A stretch of DNA of 41,443 nucleotides from the NCBI GenBank assembly GCA_038845975.1, contig JAWBQF010000023.1:1-41443 (forward strand), written 5' to 3'. The DNA is from Candidatus Methanomethylicia archaeon. Its GTDB lineage: Archaea; Thermoproteota; Methanomethylicia; CALHIW01. Made by a program: the position numbers and the translations under genes. This document shows positions 20,889-31,276 of this stretch, piece by piece. Position 1 is the stretch's first letter. The number at the start of each line of letters is the position of its first letter. The notes under the pieces are model-generated. The model was not told the DNA's origin and searched no databases. It saw only the letters and a list, made by a program, of their open reading frames with translations.

Positions 20889-22337
20889 GTGGTTAATTTG
20901 AGCGAATTGGGAATAACTGTTAAAAAGTCAGAAAATATTTCAGAATGGTATACTCAAGTAGTTATAAAGTCTGAGCTTGCTGATTATGCCCCAGTACATG
21001 GTTGTATAGTTCTTCGAGAATATTCTTATGCTTTATGGGAAAATATTCAGAAGTATTTCGATGAAAGAATTAAGGAACTTGGACATAAGAATGTTTACTT
21101 TCCATGTTTAATACCTGAAAGTTTATTGGCTAAGGAAGCTGAGCACTTTAAGGGATTTAAACCTGAATGTGCATGGGTGACTATAGGAGGAAATGATGTT
21201 TTAAGTGAAAAATTAGCTATTCGACCTACTTCAGAAACAATAATATATGCTCTACTTCAGAAGTGGATACGTAGCTGGAGAGATTTACCAATAAAAATAA
21301 ATCAATGGTGCAATATAGTTAGGTGGGAGATAAAATCTACTAGACCTTTTCTGAGAACTACAGAGTTTTTATGGCAGGAAGGTCATACAGCTCATGAAAA
21401 CTTTGAAGACGCTGAAAAAGAAGTATCTGATATATTAAGAATATACCATGAACTAATGGAAGATTTATTATCAATTCCCGTTCTTTTAGGTCGGAAAAGC
21501 GAAAGGGAAAAGTTTGCTGGTGCATATTATACTCTAACTTTAGAAGCTATAATGCCTGATGGAAAAGCACTTCAAATGGGGACTGTACATAACTTAGGAC
21601 AAAACTTCTCTAAAGTGTTTGATATTAAGTTTTTAGGTAGAGATGGGAAATATCATTACGTTTGGACAACATCATGGGGAATATCAACAAGACTTATTGG
21701 TGCTCTAATCATGGTTCACGGTGATGATAAAGGTTTAGTAATTCCACCAAAAGTAGCACCATATCAAGTAGTTATAATTCCAATATTTTACAGTAATGAA
21801 GAGAAGGAAAATGTATTTAAAATAGCAAATGATCTTAAATCCGCCTTAATTAAGGAAAAAATTCGAGTAATACTTGACAATAGAGAATGGTATACACCTG
21901 GTTGGAAGTTTAATGAATGGGAGCTAAAGGGAGTCCCTCTCAGAATCGAAATAGGTCCACGAGATCTAAAAGAAAAAACAATAACTCTTGTAAGAAGAGA
22001 TACTGGTGAGCGGATAGTTGTTAAAAGCGAAAACGCGGTTAATGAAGTTAAAAGCACTCTTGATAAAATCCATAACTATCTTTACAGCAAAGCTAAAAAA
22101 TTTCTTAGAGAAAACATTTTAACAGTTAAAAACTATGACGAGTTTAAGGAAGCAATTACAAAAGGCGGGTTTATAAGAGCTTGCTGGTGTTTAAAGAATG
22201 AATGTGAAGAAAGAATTAAAGATGAAACAGGAGCAACAATCAGGCTTATACCACTAGATAAGGAGGAGATATTTTCTAAATGTATATATTGTAATGAAGA
22301 TGCAAGGGAAGTCGTATACTTTGCGAGAGCTTACTAA
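20889..22337 (+). CDS. proS: Prolyl-tRNA synthetase (archaeal/eukaryotic type)
   Basis: RPTSET, QWCNIVRWE, FLRTTEFLWQEGHT, TSWGISTR, C-terminal Zn cysteines and FARAY. Confidence 0.98.
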   Translation: MVNLSELGITVKKSENISEWYTQVVIKSELADYAPVHGCIVLREYSYALWENIQKYFDERIKELGHKNVYFPCLIPESLLAKEAEHFKGFKPECAWVTIGGNDVLSEKLAIRPTSETIIYALLQKWIRSWRDLPIKINQWCNIVRWEIKSTRPFLRTTEFLWQEGHTAHENFEDAEKEVSDILRIYHELMEDLLSIPVLLGRKSEREKFAGAYYTLTLEAIMPDGKALQMGTVHNLGQNFSKVFDIKFLGRDGKYHYVWTTSWGISTRLIGALIMVHGDDKGLVIPPKVAPYQVVIIPIFYSNEEKENVFKIANDLKSALIKEKIRVILDNREWYTPGWKFNEWELKGVPLRIEIGPRDLKEKTITLVRRDTGERIVVKSENAVNEVKSTLDKIHNYLYSKAKKFLRENILTVKNYDEFKEAITKGGFIRACWCLKNECEERIKDETGATIRLIPLDKEEIFSKCIYCNEDAREVVYFARAY

Positions 22338-22751
22338 TAATTTTCCATTACAATATATTCTACAGTTAAATTAACAAGTACTTACATAATCTCTTATTCT
22401 CCTATTAATATGATTTACATAAATCTTTCAATCTTACATTATCTGATAAATAGTAGATTTTGTTTAAATTAGCTAATACTCTGTAATACTAGCTCATTAA
22501 TGCTTCATACACCAAATAGGATATAACAGCGAATTATCATTTATCAGGAAGGCAGAGATGAAGACTTTTTATGTTGCATAACTGGATAAGACTATACATC
22601 ACTAAAATATGTTACGCCAGAACAATTCTCCTCATGATAGGAGGACAAGTGTTACAACATTTAGGATTAATAATGGTAAGTTTAAGTTTAGCTAAGTAGC
22701 TTATTTTACTCGGAGTATTTAAGTTTATATTGGTATAAGTTAAGTAACATT

Positions 22752-23114
22752 ATGAGTTACTATCAGCTACCAACCGAAGGTATTACATCCATAACTAGGG
22801 AAAAAGCAAAGAATGATATTTTAAGTTTTTTAAAACAATTAGATGTTGATGTTATTGAAGTTGGAAAATGTACGGCAAATGTTGAAATTAGAAAGGGATA
22901 TACTGTTTATATATATCCTCAAGATTTAGCTAATGTACAGAATCAACTAAAATCTTTTATAGAGAATGAATGTAAACCAAGAGGTATTAGTAAGCTTTTT
23001 GTTTGGCCAGTAATAGAGGGGAATTATAGATATATTTTCATAGGTTTTTTTGAGAATAAAATAAATGTGGAAGGACTATTATATCTTTACGAATTTATAG
23101 TTGGTATTCCCTAA
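22752..23114 (+). CDS. Hypothetical protein
   Basis: 120-aa ORF in otherwise closed frames; TATA-like TTTATA ~25 bp upstream. Confidence 0.65.
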   Translation: MSYYQLPTEGITSITREKAKNDILSFLKQLDVDVIEVGKCTANVEIRKGYTVYIYPQDLANVQNQLKSFIENECKPRGISKLFVWPVIEGNYRYIFIGFFENKINVEGLLYLYEFIVGIP

Positions 23115-23788
23115 CAGTTCTAATTAATACATACTGTAAAAACAAGATATTACTAATAGCTTTACATTAATCTATTTCAATATTTTATTATACTCAAAAT
23201 ATGTTTAAGCAGTTAAAACATTAATTAATAATAGCTTAGTAGTTTATAAAATGAATAGTTTAATGATTATTTTATGTTAAATATCTTTTACTAGAAGTTT
23301 CACTACACATTTAAGATCATTTATACTTTACGTCTGCTACATGCTCTAAAATAGCCCTTAACAGAAACCAACTAATAATACGAATAGAAAACTTACTCAT
23401 TTTATCGTAACTGTTTTTAATCTTTCCATGTATTCTAGTATTAATTTATATTGTTCTTAAATTTTGAAAATAAACTTAACTTTATAGCTTTCTAACATTT
23501 ATTACTTGTATTCAACGACATATAGGATATTTATTTTTAATTACTAGTAAAGTATTTATAACACTATGGAGGGTATGTTTCCAATTTAGCTTTTTATTTC
23601 TATTCACAGAAACATTAAATATGATTTTGTCTTTTCTTGAATTTATATTTTATCTTAGTAATTCTCAATACTTCTTCATTCAGTCTTAAATATTATATAT
23701 TTTACTTAGCAGAAGCAAAGCCTAGTAGAAACATATAATACAATTACCAATTCGTGAAGTATATAAATATCCTTATAAACCCCTTAAT

Positions 23789-24889
23789 ATGAGCAGTATA
23801 GTTAACATTGATGGATCAATGCTTGAGGGTGGTGGGCAAATACTTCGTACAGCTACAGCGTTATCTGCAATATTGGGTATACCTATTAGAGTATTTAATA
23901 TTAGAGCTAAAAGAAAACCTCAGGGTTTAAGACCCCAGCATTTAACTGCTGTGAGAACCGTAGCAAGTTTATCAAATGCTCATGTCGAAAACTTACTTGT
24001 AGGTTCAACTGAAATAGTTTTTAAACCACGACAAATTAAGGGTGGGAGTTATAATATAGATATTCATACAGCTGGGAGTATAACATTAGTGCTTCAGGCA
24101 TTTATGCCTGTAGCAGCATTTGCTAATAGCTTAGTTAATGTTGAAATTAGGGGTGGAACTAATGTATCTATGTCTCCTCCAATAGAATACTTACAGGAAG
24201 TATTATTGCCATTATTAAAGATATTGGGAGTAAATGTTCAAATAAAGCTGCTAAGATATGGATTTTACCCGAAGGGAGGGGGAATTGTTCAGGGTTATAT
24301 TGAGCCAATTAAAAATATTAACCCAATAAACATTACTGAAGACTTTATTGTAAAGAGAGTATTTGGAATTGCATATAGTTCAAGGCTACCACGGAACATT
24401 ACTGAGAGGATGAGTAGGACAGCTAGAAATATTTTAGCGAGAGAAGGATTTGATGTTGATGTTGAAACTTTAAGTTTACAGCCTGACAATTCATTATGTG
24501 CAGTAAGTCCTGGATGCGGTATCTCAGTATTTGCTGAGTCTTTGAGTGGGTTAAGAATAGGTGCAAATTCCCTTGGCGAACCAGGTAAACCAGCTGAAAA
24601 AGTTGCTGAAGAAGCCTCTAAAGCACTTATTGATCAAGTTAGGATAGGTGCCCCAATTGATAAATATCTTGGTGATCAGTTAATAATATGGATTAGCTTG
24701 GCTAATGGTACTTCAAAAATAAGGGTTTCAGAGTATACACTTCACACTGCTACATGTATTGAACTATGTAAAATAATAGCTAATGTAGACTTTAGAGTTT
24801 ATGGAAATATTGGTGATAAAAATGTAACTATAGAATGTAGAGGCATTGGGGCTAAAAACTTATCTTCTCTTACATCTTCCAGTAGTTGA
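23789..24889 (+). CDS. rtcA: RNA 3'-terminal phosphate cyclase
   Basis: IDGSMLEGGGQILRT, GLRPQH, GSITLVLQ, GGTNV, GFYPKGGG, LGDQLI, catalytic TLH. Confidence 0.96.
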   Translation: MSSIVNIDGSMLEGGGQILRTATALSAILGIPIRVFNIRAKRKPQGLRPQHLTAVRTVASLSNAHVENLLVGSTEIVFKPRQIKGGSYNIDIHTAGSITLVLQAFMPVAAFANSLVNVEIRGGTNVSMSPPIEYLQEVLLPLLKILGVNVQIKLLRYGFYPKGGGIVQGYIEPIKNINPINITEDFIVKRVFGIAYSSRLPRNITERMSRTARNILAREGFDVDVETLSLQPDNSLCAVSPGCGISVFAESLSGLRIGANSLGEPGKPAEKVAEEASKALIDQVRIGAPIDKYLGDQLIIWISLANGTSKIRVSEYTLHTATCIELCKIIANVDFRVYGNIGDKNVTIECRGIGAKNLSSLTSSSS

Positions 24890-26083
24890 CACTATCTTTA
24901 TCACATCTCTATCTCTTAATATTGTATCTTTAGGTATTCTTAAACCAGTTCTAACATCAATACCATAAAGCACACCTTTAGCTAGCTCTGTATGGATTTC
25001 TTTTGCAAGATCTACTACATTTGCACCTTCCGGTAGTAGAATAGCATCTGGTAATACATTTCCACTACTATCTGTAAGGTTTTTTTCATCTTCAACAGGA
25101 TAGATTACATTCATCTTCATAAGCTTAAATACTGCAGCATTTATAGCAAGCTGTACTCCAGTATTAAGTATTTTCTTCAATACTTTATCTTCAATATATT
25201 TTAAAGCCCATTTTTGTCTTTCAGTTAGTTTAGTTTCATCGTAAACCATAAACTTTTCATTTCCGGGTACATATCTTAATAATCCCTTTTCTTCAGCTCT
25301 TTTTAAAACAAGTTCTGCCTCAGCAGAACATGGAAGAACAATAAGTTCACTTAGTTCCTCAACAAGTACTTTATAATTGTCTTCTGCTGTCGGTAAATCC
25401 ATCTTATTAGCTACTACCAATGTAGGTTTCGAAATCCATCTAAGACTCTTACTAAAAAATCCTATATCCTCCTGAGTCCATTTACTAAAATCTTTTTCAT
25501 ATAATTTTGTTTCTACTAATGCAGCTCTTACATGATGTATTGAAATCCTCATTCCAGTAAGCACTTCTGCTAATGCTTCATCAACCTTGTAGCCCTTAAG
25601 ACTAATAAGTTTCTCAACATTTCTCATCTTATTTTGAATGCTTTTTGTAAACCACTTAATTATTTCTTCCTCAACATCTATGAAATCCTTTACAGGATCT
25701 CCTGAACCTGGCTTATCTATTTTTCCATCAGCATTTATGGATCCTGACGCATCTATCATGTGCAGTAATACATCTGATTGTGAAGCAACAGATAAAAACT
25801 GGTTTCCAAGCCCCTTTCCCATCCATGCACCTCTAATAAGACCGGGAAGATCTATAATCTCAACAGGAATAAACCTCCATCCATCAATACAGCTTGAATT
25901 AACAGGATCATCTTTAACCTTAAATTCTCTACATACACAAGGTATTGAAACGTATCCAATACCATAATTAGGAGACTTAGTTGTAAATGGATAAGTTGAT
26001 ATTTCAGCTGTTTGCATAGTTGCAGCATTAAAAAACGTTGTCTTACCAGTGTTTGTTTTCCCAATAATTCCAATGCGAACCAT
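24860..26083 (-). CDS. ychF: Obg-family YchF-type translation-associated NTPase with TGS domain (ORF extends to 26101)
   Basis: GKTNTGKTT, YPFTT, DLPGL...GLGNQFL, NKMD, C-terminal TGS (IHTEL..DVIKI). Confidence 0.92.
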   Translation of the reverse strand: MVRIGIIGKTNTGKTTFFNAATMQTAEISTYPFTTKSPNYGIGYVSIPCVCREFKVKDDPVNSSCIDGWRFIPVEIIDLPGLIRGAWMGKGLGNQFLSVASQSDVLLHMIDASGSINADGKIDKPGSGDPVKDFIDVEEEIIKWFTKSIQNKMRNVEKLISLKGYKVDEALAEVLTGMRISIHHVRAALVETKLYEKDFSKWTQEDIGFFSKSLRWISKPTLVVANKMDLPTAEDNYKVLVEELSELIVLPCSAEAELVLKRAEEKGLLRYVPGNEKFMVYDETKLTERQKWALKYIEDKVLKKILNTGVQLAINAAVFKLMKMNVIYPVEDEKNLTDSSGNVLPDAILLPEGANVVDLAKEIHTELAKGVLYGIDVRTGLRIPKDTILRDRDVIKIVSTTGRCKRR

Positions 26084-26274
26084 AATGTAATTTCTAAACA
26101 TGTAATTAAAATTTTACGGTACTTTACGTAACTCTAGCGGTTTAGTAGAAATATGATATTTCTCAGAATATTAGGTACCTTTCATTAGGAACTATATTTG
26201 CTAAGACAACAATCGGATAACATGAATGTATAGCTAATGACAATATATTAAAGTACTTAACAGTAGTTATTTAA

Positions 26275-26916
26275 GGACATGGCAGCTTAAGCCTACCTTC
26301 CTAGGTAGTTATAGTATAGTATGAGTAGTCTGATGAATAGATTCAAGCATTTAAATGTCTTTTTATCATCTAGAATATGGTTTACCGAATTTGATGTTGC
26401 TAGTTAAGAATACTTTAGTTTTCTGCTTAATGATGAATAATATTACTCTAATATGCTTCTTCCACCGAAATCTCAATCTACGTCAATCCTTCAAGAGATT
26501 TAGAGAACCATGATATCTATCAATAAGATTTTGGTTCCATTACAATGCTTTAAAACTTCATTAATAAATTTCGATGTCATAATGTTCTTTGTGGGATGTA
26601 CTATCATAACCATTATCTCATTTCTATCGATATCTAACATAAACCCAATAATTCTACCATTAACTCTAATTTCAATCCAATTTAAAGCGATAGGCTCTCC
26701 AGGACTGATGGATTAATATTTGTCCTAATAATAGCTATTTATAGCTATTTTAGAGGATATGATCAGGTAATGCTTTAAATATAGAATGCCATACTAAGAA
26801 TCTTAACATTCAATGAAATCTTATCCTCTAAAAACTCCAGGATACCTACAAACTCTCAATGCTAAACATGAGAATACTAATAATAAATTCATAGAACTTC
26901 CTAATTTGCTACATCC
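26275..26916 (-). mobile_element. Decayed IS6-family element, family B copy 1
   Basis: Residual frame IAL..IEIRVNGR..LDIDRNEI...PTKNI...FINEVLKHC, later FGGRS..KQKTKVF; ends GGACATGGCAGCTTAAG / CCTAATTTGCTACATCC; colinear with 29305-29839. Confidence 0.75.
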
Positions 26917-26970
26917 ACTAAATTAAGGAATACTTAAATAGTCTAAAGTACTAGAATTGATAGGGGTTGA

Positions 26971-27591
26971 ATGATTTCACGGAAATCAATAGTTGTAACA
27001 CTTATAGCTATTGGTGTCTTAATTTCTATCATTGGAGCCTATATCTCATTTGTAATTGCTGAAGAGAAGATTCCAGTAGCTGTTAAGTATGTAAGTATGG
27101 AGAATGAATATTTCAATGTTGCTCTTTCCGAAACTGATGCTAAGTTTACAGTTCCTAGTGGCAAAATAATTTTGTTACCACTTCAAATTTATGATTATTT
27201 AGATAATGAACTTAAAGCATATTTAAGAATTAATAAATCATCAGCCAAAGCTAACATAACATTCTCAATAAATACGGACAATATATTAGAAGTTAGAATC
27301 TATAAGGGCTCATGGGAATCCCCCCCTCAATCTATAGATTCATCGGCTTATGGATATAAAAATTATACTCTTCCATTTGATGCAAATGAGGTATACTATT
27401 TAAGTTTTAGAAATAAGGGAAGAAGTACTACTAATGTTGAGGTATTCATCAATATATCATATTTATACCCTCATTTAAGAGAGAAAACGGAAATTAAAGT
27501 AGAATTAAATAGATCACTATGGTTGTTAGGATTAATGCTGATTGTTGTTGGTGTAGTAGCGATAATAGGTGCTGGCTTCATCAAATATTAG
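26971..27591 (+). CDS. Membrane protein with N- and C-terminal TM helices around a beta-sandwich (GOLD-like) domain
   Basis: Hydrophobic termini; YYLSFRN motif in the beta-rich core. Confidence 0.8.
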   Translation: MISRKSIVVTLIAIGVLISIIGAYISFVIAEEKIPVAVKYVSMENEYFNVALSETDAKFTVPSGKIILLPLQIYDYLDNELKAYLRINKSSAKANITFSINTDNILEVRIYKGSWESPPQSIDSSAYGYKNYTLPFDANEVYYLSFRNKGRSTTNVEVFINISYLYPHLREKTEIKVELNRSLWLLGLMLIVVGVVAIIGAGFIKY

Positions 27592-27622
27592 TTATCAGAC
27601 TATGTGTTCTTTCTACTCCTTT

Positions 27623-27996
27623 TTAAATACTATGCTGATTCTCAAAATTCTCTGGCTTTACGGTTTGTATGAAAATCGATACGTTAAGCTTGGGCATTAT
27701 TCCAAGCTTAGACATTATTTTTAAAGCTTTGTTTTTAATACTTCTAACATATTCTCCCTTTCTTTGCGATGGTGTTACAAGAACTTGCGTTCCCTTTGAT
27801 TCATCCCTATATATTGAAGTCATTACAAAACTCTAGAATTTAAGCATGTTAACAATCTTTTACAATACTATTCTCATGTAGAATTAAACCAGTTAAACCT
27901 TAGTAGTAGAGTTTTGCAATGACTTCATTGTTAATCCCCTTAAGTTTAATTTATAAGCTAGATGAAATGCTTTTTTAACATCTTCTATTAAAACCT
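27623..27996 (-). pseudogene. nrdJ: C-terminal fragment of a class II ribonucleotide reductase interrupted by a MITE
   Basis: IEDVKKAFHLAYKLNLRGLT + IYRDESKGTQVL join in frame once 27816-27929 is removed; matches RNR KG.T.YR..S motif. Confidence 0.7.
27816..27926. mobile_element. 111-bp MITE, family M2, with 3-bp ATT target-site duplication
   Basis: TIRs GAAGTCATTACAAAACTCTA / TAGAGTTTTGCAATGACTTC (one mismatch); ATT at 27813-27815 and 27927-27929. Confidence 0.85.
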
Positions 27997-28519
27997 GATG
28001 TACGGTGCAGATAAAGTAAATGTGAAAATAAATGCTTTGTGGCTTAATTCTGAAATTCGAAAATTCAAGTTTACATAAAGTACGAAAAAGCTTAATAAAC
28101 ATTCCTATAACCATAGTATTTAATGATATAGATTACGAGAAATGAATATTAAGCCACAAAGCTAAATAAATTAATTCTCCATACAATAAATTACTTAAAG
28201 TTGAACTATAAGAGTTGAATGCGGTATACTGGAAACGTATAGGATTATTAAAAGAGCTCTTACTCAGATATTTTGTTAGTGATTAGTTCTTCTACTACTA
28301 AAAATATTTTAAACTGTTTTTAGTGATAATTTATCTAGTATTGGTTAATTTGTATAACCTGTGAATCTATATTCTAAGCTTTGACTATTTCGATAGTCTT
28401 AATCATAGCTTATACTATTATTCTTTATAAGTTAATTGTAATGTCCTGATCATATTTTAGACTTTTTAAGTTTATTGAAGCTTCTTAGCAATAAACTCTC
28501 TTAAAGTATTCTAAGTTGA

Positions 28520-28700
28520 TCTAGGATTATCCTTTAGCTTCAAAGCCATTCACATCAATTCTTTAACGTAGAAACTCCTACATAGTTCCTATCCATCTAC
28601 AGTATCTACTAAACTAATAGTTAAGCTTTTAACCTAGAATCTTTCCACATCTATAGCATTTGAACCCTAGATCAATACCAACCTCCTTACAAACAACGAA
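28520..28700 (-). pseudogene. Possible IS200/IS605 tnpB 3' remnant
   Basis: Minus strand KEVGIDLGFKCYRCGK, then MDRNYVG in another frame, resembling the TnpB Zn ribbon and RuvC-III DRD motif. Confidence 0.3.
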
Positions 28701-28802
28701 GAGACATCTACAGGTTTATAGAAAACTTAATAAGCATCTTCTGTTTAAAAGTGCTTGCTAAGCGTAAAGTGCATAGTCTAAAATAATTAGGAGGTATAAC
28801 TA

Positions 28803-29099
28803 ATGAGTGAAAAATCAGTAACTCCTGTTCCGCCAAACACAGTACTTGTTGGCAAGAAACCATTAATGGCTTATGTTACAGCCATACTAATGCAGTTAAG
28901 TTCAGGTAGTAGAGAAATAACTGTGAAAGCTAGAGGGCGTGCTATTTCAAGAGCTGTTGATGTGGTAGAAGTTGTTTCTAATAAGTTCTATCCTAATAAA
29001 GTGAAAATAAAAGATATTCGAATAGGCACGGATATCATTGGTACAGATCCTAGTAAGAGAAATGTGTCAACAATAGAAATAACAATTGAAAAGGAATAA
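28803..29099 (+). CDS. albA: Alba DNA/RNA-binding chromatin protein
   Basis: VLVGKKPLMAYV, KARGRAISRAVDV, NVSTIEI; SD AGGAGGT. Confidence 0.96.
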   Translation: MSEKSVTPVPPNTVLVGKKPLMAYVTAILMQLSSGSREITVKARGRAISRAVDVVEVVSNKFYPNKVKIKDIRIGTDIIGTDPSKRNVSTIEITIEKE

Positions 29100-29195
29100 A
29101 CAAATAATAAAAATTTTTATCATTATATTTTTTAATTATGTAAAGTTTATTATGTGTTTACATAGCTACGCGTAACATTAAGTAGAATTATTTGA

Positions 29196-29284
29196 GAACT
29201 TGTCTGAAAACTCTTAAATATTGTTAAGACTTAACTAGGTTAATAAGTTAACTACTAATAATTATGGAGTATTCAGACAGACTC
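29196..29284. mobile_element. 89-bp MITE, family M1 copy 2, flanked by a TGA duplication
   Basis: TIRs GAACTTGTCTGAAAACTC / GAGTATTCAGACAGACTC; TGA on both sides. Confidence 0.78.
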
Positions 29285-29304
29285 TGATTTAAAAGTAGTC
29301 AAAT

Positions 29305-29839
29305 TGTACCTGGTAACTTAAGCTCATCTTCTGGTTATAGATAGTTACGAATATAGTCTAACATTTAAGTATTCTAGTGGTTACTGGCCGAGAATATCCC
29401 GTTCTTTACTAGATGACGAGTATACTATTACTATATTTCCTCTTAAGGTATTTCTAATATATAGTGGTTTAAGCTCTCTAAGAAATTTAGAAAACTGTGA
29501 TCTATTATTGATGAAAGATGCTAGTTTACCATTACAATACTTCAAAACTTTACGCTCTTTAATAAGTTCTATGTAGTTGCCATTAGTGATAACATTAAAT
29601 TAATGGAGTGACTAATGCCAGCCATAAAATCTTATTAAAGAGCGTAGCTTTATTAGTAAGCTGTTTAAATACCTATAATCATGTAATGCTCTAGAAAACT
29701 TTTCAAATATCTAAATATAGAGTAATTATATCAGTATCTTAATCTCTGATAAAACCTTATTCCCTCAAAACTCCAAGATTCCTGGATAACTATCAATACT
29801 AACAATAGAATTCATATAACTTCTTAATTACCATGTTCC
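29305..29839 (-). mobile_element. Decayed IS6-family element, family B copy 2 (carries nested MITE M3)
   Basis: Colinear blocks with 26275-26916 (e.g. CCATTACAAT.CTT.AAAACTT; AATACTAA.AATA.AATTCATA.AACTTC.TAATT); end CTTAATTACCATGTTCC. Confidence 0.7.
29551..29646. mobile_element. 96-bp hairpin MITE, family M3, TA-flanked
   Basis: Perfect 16-bp inverted repeat TACGCTCTTTAATAAG / CTTATTAAAGAGCGTA plus inner imperfect pairing; absent from the sister IS copy; half copy at 40525-40578. Confidence 0.78.
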
Positions 29840-29895
29840 GTATTGTAATGCAAATATTTTTAAGGTTTTATTTCTAGTTTTATTAGGGTTTAATT

Positions 29896-30162
29896 ATGAA
29901 TGGGTTGGAAGATTTAGAGATTAAAAAAGCTGTTAAAGATGCGATAAGCAAGGTTATTGACCCTGAGCTCGGAATGAGCCTTGTAGAGTTAGGTATGATA
30001 AAAAATGTATATGTTAAAGATGATGAAGTTACAATAGAAATGGCACTTACAAGCCCTATGTGCCCTCTCTCTTCATATCTTGTAAATAGTGTTAAGGAAA
30101 AAGCTCAAAGTGTTAAAGGGGTTAAAAAAGTAGATGTAAGAATAGTTGAATTTGGTGTATAG
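29896..30162 (+). CDS. DUF59/SufT-MIP18 family Fe-S assembly protein
   Basis: VIDPELGMSLVELGMI, LTSPMCPL. Confidence 0.92.
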   Translation: MNGLEDLEIKKAVKDAISKVIDPELGMSLVELGMIKNVYVKDDEVTIEMALTSPMCPLSSYLVNSVKEKAQSVKGVKKVDVRIVEFGV

Positions 30163-30192
30163 CACTTTACTACAATAACTTAAGTTGAGGAA

Positions 30193-31260
30193 ATGAAATT
30201 TAAACTGATTATTCTCACTATTATTATACTATTTCTAATTCAAGTAAACTACCATGTTGTTTATGCTTTAGTAAGTAATGACTATACATTTTTATGCCCT
30301 CAGATAGAAGCCTTTAACCTTAAAAATCAAAGTTTAAAAACTGCAAATCAAGAGTTAAACTATAAGTTAACCATAGAGACTATTGATGAAAATGGTTTTC
30401 CAATTTCAGAGATGCCTGTATATATTGACGACAAGATTTTCTATACTGATGCTTTAGGTAAGACTGTAATGATTGTTAACAAGGGCTTTCATATAGTTAA
30501 AGCCGTGGAGTTTCTAGATCTCGTAGATATAAAAATATCATTTATTAAATGGTTTGATAATTTCCCCAGTCTAGGAAGAGTTATAAATATAACCGGTAAC
30601 ACTACTCTCCAACTAATCTATAATGTTAAGTATAGGATTACCTTATACTTTTATAACTGGTATGTTAATAAGATTATTACTCCTAGCTTAATTCAGTTAA
30701 TGCGTGATGAACAAATTCTTAATATATCCACCAATAATGTATGGCTTAATAGTGGTAATTACACTATTATGAAAGTATTATTTAAAGATGAAAACATTGT
30801 TAAACCCGGGAAATATGTTTTTAAAGTAACATCTCCTAAATTATTGAGGATCATATGTCAAGTTGCTGATATGAATATTACATTACTAGATTTAAACGGT
30901 AATCCAATAGTTAATCATGACATTGAATTGGTAACTACTAAAGGAACTAAACTTAATTTAAATACTAATGCTATAGGTCAGTTAATAATTAATGATATGC
31001 CATTTGGTGAATATCAAATAGTAGCTAAGTTTGGAAATCAAATAATAACAAAGACGTTTCTATTTGCAGGCGAAGAACAACAGTTATTTTTCCCAGTAGA
31101 GTTTAAAAGAGAAGAGACATTAATATTAGTTCAAACATTCATTCCAACACCTACCATACAAAGTAATTTAATTACCATCTTGGCATTTATATTAGTATTT
31201 ATATTAGTGCTTGATGTAGTGATGTATTTATTATATAGAACTAAGAGAAAGTCTAAGTAG
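30193..31260 (+). CDS. Secreted, C-terminally anchored surface protein with carboxypeptidase-regulatory-like beta-sandwich domains
   Basis: Signal peptide; D.NG.PI...TD..G repeats; MPFGEY; C-terminal TM plus RTKRK. Confidence 0.85.
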   Translation: MKFKLIILTIIILFLIQVNYHVVYALVSNDYTFLCPQIEAFNLKNQSLKTANQELNYKLTIETIDENGFPISEMPVYIDDKIFYTDALGKTVMIVNKGFHIVKAVEFLDLVDIKISFIKWFDNFPSLGRVINITGNTTLQLIYNVKYRITLYFYNWYVNKIITPSLIQLMRDEQILNISTNNVWLNSGNYTIMKVLFKDENIVKPGKYVFKVTSPKLLRIICQVADMNITLLDLNGNPIVNHDIELVTTKGTKLNLNTNAIGQLIINDMPFGEYQIVAKFGNQIITKTFLFAGEEQQLFFPVEFKREETLILVQTFIPTPTIQSNLITILAFILVFILVLDVVMYLLYRTKRKSK

Positions 31261-31276
31261 TTAAATAATATTCTAT

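Noticed and set aside
23115-23788. Long AT-rich spacer as a possible replication origin
   Set aside because: No ORB-like repeats and no cdc6/whiP adjacent
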